The notes beneath the pieces are model-generated. The model worked only from the letters and a program-made list of their open reading frames with translations. It had not been told where the DNA came from and searched no databases. Source: an uncultured bacterium (GTDB taxonomy: Bacteria > Chloroflexota > UBA5177 > JANWHV01). From it: a stretch of DNA of 64,000 nucleotides. This document shows positions 49,922 through 58,285 of the stretch, piece after piece; position 1 is the first letter of the stretch, and every line of letters starts with the position of its first letter. The stretch lies in the NCBI GenBank assembly GCA_963827235.1, contig CAWHAE010000018.1, positions 128,001 through 192,000 of the forward strand. The letters run 5' to 3'. A program made the position numbers and the translations under genes.

Positions 49922-52060
49922 ATGCACGTATCCATGCGGCGAGGCGCTGCCATGGTGGCAATCGCTTCGCTTCTGGTAGCCGGACTGGCGGGGGTCAGCG
50001 AGGCGCAGGAGCAGGCATCGGCGGCCAAGGCGGCTGCCGGCGGCAACGTGGATTGGGCACTCTTTGGCGGCAATGCCGATAATACCCGGTACTCCACGCT
50101 CACGCAGATCGACGCGAGCACCGTCGGCAAGCTTGGCATCGCCTGGACGGCGTCCGAAGGCAACGGTTTGTCCGAGTTCGAGACCGTGCCCGTAGTGGTC
50201 AACGGCGTCATGTATTACACCACCAACAGCGACCAGGTCCGCGCCGTCAACGCGGCCACCGGGCAGCTCATGTGGCAGTACACGCCGAAGGTCGACTTCT
50301 ATAAGTCGGTTGCCGGCGGAGGCGGCGGCCTGCCGACCAATCGCGGCGTCACGATCGCCAACGGAACTGTATACTTGACCACCTTCGACGCGCGGCTAAT
50401 CGCCCTGCAGGCGTCCACCGGCGAGCAGCTCTGGTCCAGCAACATCGCCAGTCCCGCCGAAAACTACTCCGAGTCTTCGCCGGCCACCTACTGGAACGGC
50501 ATGCTGTTCGTAGGCAGCGAGGAAGGCGATGCCGGACTGCGCGGCTTCGAGGCGGCTTTCGATGCCAAGACCGGCAAGCAGATCTGGAAGTTCTACACCG
50601 TGCCCGCGCCAGGCCAGGGCTGGATGCCCGCGGTCGGCGACCACGGCGGCGGCGATGTCTGGATGCCTGCCACCGTCGATCCCACGACCGGCTTGGTCTA
50701 TTTCGGCACCGGCAATCCCAGCCCGGACTTCAACAACGTGCAGCGGCCCGGCTGCAACCAGTGGGCCAACGCGGTCGTGGCGCTCGACGCCAAGACCGGC
50801 AAGCTGGCATGGGCGCATACCGAGTTCTGCAACGACGAGTGGGACTACGATTCGCACCAGGAGCCGATGCTGTTCAACATGACCATCAAGGGCCAGATGG
50901 TTCGCGTGCTCGGCCACGGCAACAAGGCCGGCCAGTACTTCTTCTACAACGCCAAGACCGGTGCCGTGATCAGCAAGACGGCGTTCCTGGGAGGCTTCAG
51001 CGTGCCGCATCTCAAGCCCAACGCGGCAGGCGTCAAGGTCTGCCCCGGCGCTTCGGGCGGCATCGAGTACGGACCTCCGGCCTTCAGCCCGCAGACGAGC
51101 CTGGTTTACCAGGGCTCCAACGTCGAATGCGAGATCTTCAAGACGCTGCCCATGGCAGACACGAACTCGCACAGTAAGGGGCAGGTTGACACCGGCGGCT
51201 CCGCCGCGGGTGCTGGAACCATCAACGGCGCCATGAATGCCATCGACCCGGCCACCGGCAAGGTTGTCTGGAAGGATACGCTTGGCAAGCCGATGAACGC
51301 CGGGGCGCTTACCACGGCCGGCGGCCTGGTCTTCGCCGGCGCCGACACGGGCAAGCTCTATGCATTCGACGCAGCCACGGGCAAGATCCTCTGGCAGCCC
51401 GATCTAGGTCTCGGCTTCGGCGCACCGCCAATTGCCTATCAGGTGAACGGCACGGAGTACATTGCCGTGGCGGCCGGCGGAAACGCTATCTCAGCCGGCG
51501 ACGCCGTGCCGCTTGGCGGCACCCTGGTCGTCTTCAAGCTGGGCGGCAAGCCGATCGCGAAGCTTCCGTCGGTCACTAACGGTTCCATGGTGCAGGTCAC
51601 GCTGCCCTCGCTCGCCGGCTATAAGCAGGTGGACAAGTTTGCCTATGTCAACGCGGCGCAGCACACCGTGGTTCTGCAGATCACCGCGGCGCTCAACGGC
51701 AACAATGCCGGCTTCAACTACGACGGCTACGCCAAGGGTCAGGCTACCTTCACCGTGCCGGCGCACTGGAACGTCGACATCGAGTACCGCAATCTGGGCG
51801 CCCTTCCGCACAGTCTTGCCATCGCCGACGGCATCACGCAGCCGGTGAAGTTCGAGACGTTCGGCTTCGCGCCGGTGTTGAGCCCGTCCGTGACTACCGG
51901 CACGACGAACAAGACGTATACGCTCCTCGGCTTCGACGCCGACCACGCGGGCAAGTTCTACCTGATTTGCGACGTGCCTGGACACCTGGCCAGCGGCATG
52001 TGGGACACGTTCGTGGTCTCCTCGACGGCAACCACGCCGTCGATTACCACGACCTCCTAG
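49922..52060 (+). CDS. Secreted PQQ-dependent dehydrogenase fused to a C-terminal sulfocyanin/rusticyanin-type cupredoxin
   Basis: DW..FGG..RYSTLTQID, ETVPVVVNGVMY, TNRGV, GGDVW, GTGNPSP, DEWDYD, NKAG; C-terminal FNYDG..VPAHWNV..N..LPHS..CDVPGHLASGM. Confidence 0.92.
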   Translation: MHVSMRRGAAMVAIASLLVAGLAGVSEAQEQASAAKAAAGGNVDWALFGGNADNTRYSTLTQIDASTVGKLGIAWTASEGNGLSEFETVPVVVNGVMYYTTNSDQVRAVNAATGQLMWQYTPKVDFYKSVAGGGGGLPTNRGVTIANGTVYLTTFDARLIALQASTGEQLWSSNIASPAENYSESSPATYWNGMLFVGSEEGDAGLRGFEAAFDAKTGKQIWKFYTVPAPGQGWMPAVGDHGGGDVWMPATVDPTTGLVYFGTGNPSPDFNNVQRPGCNQWANAVVALDAKTGKLAWAHTEFCNDEWDYDSHQEPMLFNMTIKGQMVRVLGHGNKAGQYFFYNAKTGAVISKTAFLGGFSVPHLKPNAAGVKVCPGASGGIEYGPPAFSPQTSLVYQGSNVECEIFKTLPMADTNSHSKGQVDTGGSAAGAGTINGAMNAIDPATGKVVWKDTLGKPMNAGALTTAGGLVFAGADTGKLYAFDAATGKILWQPDLGLGFGAPPIAYQVNGTEYIAVAAGGNAISAGDAVPLGGTLVVFKLGGKPIAKLPSVTNGSMVQVTLPSLAGYKQVDKFAYVNAAQHTVVLQITAALNGNNAGFNYDGYAKGQATFTVPAHWNVDIEYRNLGALPHSLAIADGITQPVKFETFGFAPVLSPSVTTGTTNKTYTLLGFDADHAGKFYLICDVPGHLASGMWDTFVVSSTATTPSITTTS

Positions 52061-52219
52061 AGTTCACCGGCGAAGGCCGGAAACGTTGAGCCGGCGGCGA
52101 ACGGGACACCGTCGCGGTGACGGTGTCCCGTGCGCTTGTCGGCAGGAGCTGGAAGACACGTGCCGGCTGATGCCTGCGTGCCCGCGGCAGCATGCCCGTC
52201 CGTTTGCCGAGCACCCGGC

Positions 52220-53188
52220 TCAGCTCTCGACGAACACCGCTCCCTCCAGGTTGTAGCTCTTCGCCGAGAGGTTAGTGGGTAGCCTGATGGCCTGGAAGGT
52301 ACTGCCGCTGGGACGTATGACCCAGAAATACGCGTGCAGCTCGCTCCCGACCAGCACGTCGCCGGAGTATGCGGCCAGGCCGGCGGCGGGAGCAAAGAAC
52401 ACATCGCGAGAGAGCGTATCGGTGACATAGAGGCCCGCTTGAGCCCCGGCACCCGCAGCGGCCTGCCGGCGCGGCACTACCGCGATCGGGTTCGGACCAT
52501 CCGGGAGGTCGACCAGCGTTCTCGCCCGGCCGTGCGCGTCCATCGCCACCAGCGTGCCGCTCTTGCCGGCATCAACTGTGAGCAATGCCTGTCCCGACGC
52601 GGCGCCGAACTGAGGGGATGCAATCGCTACCTCGTCGGCGCCGCCTGGATCGTTGTACGTGCCGACCAGTGCCACTTTGCCCGCGGCATCCACCGTGAAC
52701 ACGCTACCGCCGCGCGGCGTGGCTCCGCCCGAGCGGCCGGTTGCCGCCACCAGTCTGTAGCCGAAATCTCCCACGGTGTCGAAGGCAAGTGCGCCGTCGG
52801 AGCGAGGCACGTGCGGCAGCGCGGCAAACACCGAGACGCTCTTGTCGCCGGCACCGATGCGGTAGATCTTGTTGTCGGGCGAGTGGCAGAAGATGTCGCC
52901 GCTCGCAAAGCCGTGCGAGCCGGGCGACGGGACGCAGCGCGTCTCCTCAACCTGCCTCGGCATAGCCGCGAACGGCGTCATCTTCTGCCCGGTGGGCGCG
53001 GCGGCGAAGACACGATTGGTGGTGTTGTCGACGTAGAGAAACTGATCGCCCGTCCATACCACGTCGGTGAGCCGCAGATCGGTACGAGCGAAGACGCTGA
53101 ACTGGATCGCGGGCGTGGCAGGACTCGCCGCCGTGAGTGGAAATAGCGTCACAGCCAGGGCGAGGCCCAGGACTTTCGGTGATTTCAT
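52220..53188 (-). CDS. Secreted hypothetical protein, probable beta-propeller
   Basis: Signal peptide; beta-repeat pattern (GALAFD, LPDGPNPIAV, LYVTD); GAGG RBS. Confidence 0.7.
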   Translation of the reverse strand: MKSPKVLGLALAVTLFPLTAASPATPAIQFSVFARTDLRLTDVVWTGDQFLYVDNTTNRVFAAAPTGQKMTPFAAMPRQVEETRCVPSPGSHGFASGDIFCHSPDNKIYRIGAGDKSVSVFAALPHVPRSDGALAFDTVGDFGYRLVAATGRSGGATPRGGSVFTVDAAGKVALVGTYNDPGGADEVAIASPQFGAASGQALLTVDAGKSGTLVAMDAHGRARTLVDLPDGPNPIAVVPRRQAAAGAGAQAGLYVTDTLSRDVFFAPAAGLAAYSGDVLVGSELHAYFWVIRPSGSTFQAIRLPTNLSAKSYNLEGAVFVES

Positions 53189-53294
53189 GCGCTACCTCGG
53201 GATCGCTTGCTGCCGGCGGAAGAAACCGGCCATGCCTACAGTGATCGTACGGCGCCGCCGGATAGCGCAAGCCGTTCGTAGCCGGTGTGCCGGT

Positions 53295-55928
53295 CTAGCT
53301 CGGCTCCGCGGCCCTATCCCAGAAGGTGCGCACGCTGCCGGCCAGCAAGGCGTAGCGCGGCTCGGCCAGGGCGGGATCTTCCTGCAAGATCGTCTCGGCA
53401 ACGCGGCGTGCCAGGGCAAGCGTCGGCATGTCGGTGACCTGGGCTACCTGCAGGGCCGGCAGGCCGCTCTGCCGCGTGCCCCAGAACTCCCCAGGGCCGC
53501 GCAGCCGGAGGTCCTCCTCGGCCAGCTTGAAGCCGTCGTCGGTCATGGTCAGCGCCTGCAGCCGCTCTCGAGCCCCGGGACTGTTCGGATCCGCGAGCAG
53601 CACGCAGTATGATTTGTCGCCGCCGCGGCCCACCCGGCCGCGGAACTGGTGGAGCTGCGCCAGGCCGAACCGCTGCGCGTCCTGCACGACCATGGCCGTG
53701 GCGTTCGGCACGTCGATCCCGACCTCGACCACCGACGTCGCCACCAGCACGTCGATCTCGCCGTCGCGGAAGCGGCTCAACACGGCGTCCTTGTCCTGCG
53801 CCTTCATTTTGCCGTGCAGCACGTCCAGTCGCATGTCGGGAAATACTTTCTCCTGGAGCCGCTTTCCTTCGGCCACCGCCGCCTTGGCCTCCAGGTTCTC
53901 GGACTCCTCGACCAGCGGGCAGATGATGTACGCCTGGTGGCTGGCTTGTACCTGCTCACGCACCAGCGTATACGCCTGCTGCTCCACCGGTGTCCATCTC
54001 GTTTCCACGGGCTGCCTGGCCGGCGGCCGCTCGTCGATCACCGAGACGTCGAGATCACCGTACAGTGTGAGGGTCAGCGTGCGCGGTATTGGCGTCGCAG
54101 TCATCACGAGTAGGTGCGGGTTGTAGCCCTTCCCTTTGAGCGCGGCGCGCTGCACCACGCCGAACCGGTGCTGCTCGTCGACTATAGCCAGGCCGAGCCT
54201 ACCGAAACGGAAGCCCTCCTGGATGAGCGCATGAGTGCCGACCAGAACATGGATCGTGCCCTGCAGCGCGTCGAGGTAGATGCGGGCCCGCTGAGCCTTG
54301 GGCACGCTGCCGGTCAGCATGGCCACCCGCACCCCGAAAGGCTCGAGCAACGCGGTGAGCGTGCGCGCGTGCTGCTCGACCAGTATCTCGGTCGGCGCCA
54401 TAATCGCGCCCTGGTAGCCCGCGCGCGCGCACATGAGCAGCGCTGCCGCGGCCACCACCGTCTTGCCGGACCCCACGTCGCCCTGCAGCAAGCGGCTCAT
54501 GGGCACCGGGCGAGACATGTCGGCCAGGATCTCCGCCAGCGATCGTTCCTGCGCGCCCGTCAGAGTGAACGGCAGGCCGGCGCGGAACTGCGCCATGAGG
54601 CTGTCGTCCGAAGGAATGCTCACACCATCCTCATCGCCCTGCCAGTGCCGCTTCCTTTGCAGCATGCCGATCTGAATGAGCAAGAGCTCGTCCAGGGCCA
54701 GGCGATTTCGGGCCAGGTCCCTGCTCTGCATGCTGTCGGGAAAGTGGAACTGCCGCACGGCACCACGTCGATCGGCAAGCTCGAACTGGCGGCGGAGCGG
54801 CTCGGGCAGCGGATCTTCGATCAGATCCGCTCCCACGGCCAGGGCCCGGCTGACCAGTCTGCGGATCCAGCGCTGGGCAATGCCTTCACTCGACGGGTAG
54901 ACTGGCACGATGCGTCGCGTGTTGGTGCCGTCCTCGTCGTCGGACGGGAATTCCACGTCTCGAGGTGCCAGTTGCAGGCGGCCGTTATACATCTCCACCT
55001 TGCCGCTGATCGCCACCTCTTCGCCGACCCGTCGCTGGAGCTGTTTAAGCATGAACACCTGATTGAACCAGGTAACGGCCATCATGCCCGTGGGATCGGC
55101 GACCTTGGCCTCCACGACCTGCACGTTGCGATTCGGCGTCCGGCGTGTGTCCACCGAGCGCAGCGTGCCCACAAGCGTTACCTGCATGTCGGGGCGCATC
55201 TGGTTGATGCGCACGGGTGCGCTGTAATCGTAGTGGTCGCGCGGCCAGTACTCGATCGCCGACTTCAAGTCGGAGATGCCCAGTTGCTGCAGCCGGGGCT
55301 GCTCTTGCGTGCGCACATGCAGGGCCTCTGCGGCCGCTGCGTCCAGCGATTCCACTGCCTCTTTCGCGTCCCTGGACGGTGGGCCGCTCGCGCGGGCCGC
55401 GGGCCGGACTTGCTGTCCGCTAGCGGCAGGCAGTTCGCTCGCCGCCTTTGCCCGATCGGCCGGCATCGCACTCTCGGCCGGGGCGATTACTCCGGTCGCT
55501 GCCTCGGGCTTTGGCGCCCCGGCTCCCGGCACCTCCGTGCGCGCCACGTGCGGGCTTACTGCGACGGAAGGCGGCTGGGCTCGCCTGGCGGGGCCTTGCC
55601 GGCTATCCGGAGCGATGCTCTCCGAAGCGGACCCTGTCGCAGTGGGTTCATATCGCCGCAGCGTCGCATCCAGCCGCTTCAGCACGATCTGAGCCACGCG
55701 CTCGCGTTCCTCGATGGTATCCGCCTTCTCGTAGCGCCGAAGGTAGGCCAGGATACTCTCGACGGCCGCCCACATAGCCTCGTCGCATTCGTACTTCTCG
55801 AACTGCTGGCGGAAGTACGTTTGTATGCCCATGCCGCTGGTAGAACGGTTCTGGTAGCCCTGCTTGATCTCGAGGCTCAGCACCTTGCGAAGCAGCACCA
55901 GGCTCGGGAAGAGCGTCTCCAGGCTCAT
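53295..55928 (-). CDS. recG: ATP-dependent DNA helicase RecG
   Basis: RLLQGDVGSGKT, MAPTEIL, VDEQHRFGV.QR, MTATPIPRTL, FGLAQLHQFRGRVGRG, RGPGE..GTRQSG; N-terminal extension. Confidence 0.97.
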   Translation of the reverse strand: MSLETLFPSLVLLRKVLSLEIKQGYQNRSTSGMGIQTYFRQQFEKYECDEAMWAAVESILAYLRRYEKADTIEERERVAQIVLKRLDATLRRYEPTATGSASESIAPDSRQGPARRAQPPSVAVSPHVARTEVPGAGAPKPEAATGVIAPAESAMPADRAKAASELPAASGQQVRPAARASGPPSRDAKEAVESLDAAAAEALHVRTQEQPRLQQLGISDLKSAIEYWPRDHYDYSAPVRINQMRPDMQVTLVGTLRSVDTRRTPNRNVQVVEAKVADPTGMMAVTWFNQVFMLKQLQRRVGEEVAISGKVEMYNGRLQLAPRDVEFPSDDEDGTNTRRIVPVYPSSEGIAQRWIRRLVSRALAVGADLIEDPLPEPLRRQFELADRRGAVRQFHFPDSMQSRDLARNRLALDELLLIQIGMLQRKRHWQGDEDGVSIPSDDSLMAQFRAGLPFTLTGAQERSLAEILADMSRPVPMSRLLQGDVGSGKTVVAAAALLMCARAGYQGAIMAPTEILVEQHARTLTALLEPFGVRVAMLTGSVPKAQRARIYLDALQGTIHVLVGTHALIQEGFRFGRLGLAIVDEQHRFGVVQRAALKGKGYNPHLLVMTATPIPRTLTLTLYGDLDVSVIDERPPARQPVETRWTPVEQQAYTLVREQVQASHQAYIICPLVEESENLEAKAAVAEGKRLQEKVFPDMRLDVLHGKMKAQDKDAVLSRFRDGEIDVLVATSVVEVGIDVPNATAMVVQDAQRFGLAQLHQFRGRVGRGGDKSYCVLLADPNSPGARERLQALTMTDDGFKLAEEDLRLRGPGEFWGTRQSGLPALQVAQVTDMPTLALARRVAETILQEDPALAEPRYALLAGSVRTFWDRAAEPS

Positions 55929-57381
55929 GGCCCGCGGTCTCCGGCAGGCCATCCGTAGCGAATGGCAAGGAAAGCGCGCGCCAGCGCCTCGCCCGTGACG
56001 ACGTCGTCCATCTGCAGATCGCCGTCCAGGACCAGATCCAGCAGATAGTCCTTGACGCGAGCGATCCAGCGCCCGGGCATGCCGCCGGTAAGGTCCATCA
56101 GGGCAACGCCGTCCAGCGGCGAGTGCATCTTCGCGATTTCCGCCTGCGCCTCGAGATCCCTGCAGCGCGACTCCAGGTTGTCCACGGTCTTGAGCACCGC
56201 GCGCACGCGCTCGTGACGATGGCTGGTGATGTCGGCCTTCGACAGAGCGAACAGATTGCCGAGCTGCGGCCCGGCGTCACGCATGAACCGCCGCACCGCG
56301 CCGTCCGTCCAGTCGCTGTAGGTATTGATGCGCATGTGCTGCGCCACGAGAGTGGTAACCGTCTCGATGAACACGTGATCGAACTTCAGTCGGGACAGCA
56401 CCTTCTCCGCCGTACGCGCCCCGATGATCTCGTGACCGAAGAAATGCACCTCGCCGTCGACGAATCGCATGGTCTCGGGTTTGGCGATGTCGTGCAGCAG
56501 GGCGGCCCAGCGCAGCTCACGCGTGGCAGGCGTCTTGTCCAGCACTTGCATGACGTGCGCGAAGATGTCCTTGTGCCGGCGTCCGGGCTGCTGTTGCATT
56601 TCGACCATCGGGAGCAGCTCGGGAATCGTGTAGGGAAGGAGGCCGAGGTCCGCCAGGAGGCGGATGCCGTACGATGGCCCGTTGGCCAGCAGCATCTTGT
56701 CCATCTCCTGCCCGATGCGCTCGTGGCTAATCGTCTCCAGGCTCTGTGCACGCTCGACGATCGCCGCTGCGGTGCCGGACTCGATAGTGAAGTCGAGCTG
56801 CGTGGCCTGGCGCACGGCGCGCAGCAGGCGCAACGGATCCTCGGCGAAGCGCTCGGCCGGATCGCCCACGGCACGGATCAGTCGTCGTTCCAGATCTTCG
56901 CGCCCCCCGAAGGGGTCGACGAATCTCGCCGTTCACCGCCTCGTCCGGCTCCGGATACGGCGTACCGCTGTCCGGCGCTAAGACGCAGCGCCATGGCGTT
57001 GATCGTGAAGTCCCGCCTGGCCAGGTCCTCCTCGAGCGAGACGCCGAACCAGACTTCCGGCTTGCGCGATCCGGGCGCATAACGATCGCCCCGGAAGGTG
57101 GTCACCTGGATCTCGTGGCCCTCGAGCTCAGCGGAAATCGTGCCGTACTTCTCCCCGGGCTGGAACACGTTCTGGCTCACCTCGCGAAGAATACGCTTGC
57201 TATCCGACGGCTCGGCGTCGGTCGTAAAATCGTAGTCCGCAGAGGGGCGCGCGAGGAAGCGGTCGCGCACGATGCCGCCCACCAGGTAGATGCTCTTGCC
57301 GTGCCGCGCGAAGGCATCGGATAGTGCCAGCAAGGCTTGCCGGCTCAGAGGCTGCTGAGAATCGTCAATCGGACTCGTCAT
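55925..57381 (-). CDS. cca: CCA-adding tRNA nucleotidyltransferase with HD domain; frame broken near 56910-56985
   Basis: LVGGIVRD..DYDF and EDLARRDFTINAMA in one frame; VDPFGG..IRAVGDP..FAEDPLRLLRA, ERI, ALLHDIAKP in another. Confidence 0.88.
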
Positions 57382-57569
57382 GAAGTCTAGCATCCGCGAT
57401 GCACGGGTATCGCGGCAACTCCTCTGCCGTTTCCGCACCGTTTGCCGCGCCCTGCCGGCCGTCTCCGCCGCGCCGCTTGTCGCGTTGCCGCTAACGCGAG
57501 TTCTGTACCCCGACCGGATCACGTATAATGGCGTCACAAGACCTTTCGACCATCCGAGGACGTTATCAC

Positions 57570-58253
57570 ATGCACGAGGACAGAGCGAGTCGGGGAGATG
57601 CCTCCGCCCCTCCGCTCCGTGAGCGAGTTGCGGGCCGCTCGCGCCATTGCTGGGAAATCATTCGCACCCTGCCGGGTGTGCAGTTTAACTGTGACGAATG
57701 CTACGCCTATTTTGTGCAGCAGGATTGCTGGACTCTCTGGGCTCTCCGCCGCCCCGGATTCAAGCCCTGCTGTCAGAAGCACGGCGACTGCGCCGAATGC
57801 GCCGTGCTCACCGAGCGTCTGCGTCCGGCGGACAACGAGCTAATCCAGATTCAGCCCGGCCGGCCGATCAGGCCGGTACCGTCCTCTTCCAAGCGCGTTT
57901 GCAGCTATCTCCAGCTCTTCCAGGGCCTGGAGGAAGTCGAGGAGGAGCGCAGGACGTCGTCGATCGCACGCGCCCTGCAAGTGCGGAATGCCGATCTTCG
58001 CTGCCGGCTGCGCGGTGTACATCTGGATATTGGCTACGTCAACGACATATGCGTCTCCCGCCATGTGGACGAGTGCGTATTTCTGGATGAAATCCGGCCC
58101 GAAGTACGCGTCGCTCCGGCGAGTGCGCTCAAGCAATCGGGCCAGAACAATGAAAAGCCTGTCCTGGATAAGGGCGGGATGAAGAGATCGGAAACACACG
58201 GCGGGGAGGCCATCGCTCAACAGTCGCCGGTAGGCGAGCAAAGGCTTCGCTAG
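57570..58253 (+). CDS. Cys-rich hypothetical protein (two-CW-like domain plus a second four-Cys domain)
   Basis: HCWE..CDEC..DCW..CC..CAEC then VC..RC..IC..EC (12 Cys); GAGG RBS; TATAAT at 57524. Confidence 0.75.
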   Translation: MHEDRASRGDASAPPLRERVAGRSRHCWEIIRTLPGVQFNCDECYAYFVQQDCWTLWALRRPGFKPCCQKHGDCAECAVLTERLRPADNELIQIQPGRPIRPVPSSSKRVCSYLQLFQGLEEVEEERRTSSIARALQVRNADLRCRLRGVHLDIGYVNDICVSRHVDECVFLDEIRPEVRVAPASALKQSGQNNEKPVLDKGGMKRSETHGGEAIAQQSPVGEQRLR

Positions 58254-58285
58254 GCGCACGAGGCGCGCCGCGAAAGCACTCGCCC

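Noticed and set aside
49922-52060. Calling this xoxF/mxaF methanol dehydrogenase
   Set aside because: No vicinal Cys-Cys, altered Glu ligand, no cytochrome partner; WDYD also occurs in other PQQ enzymes.
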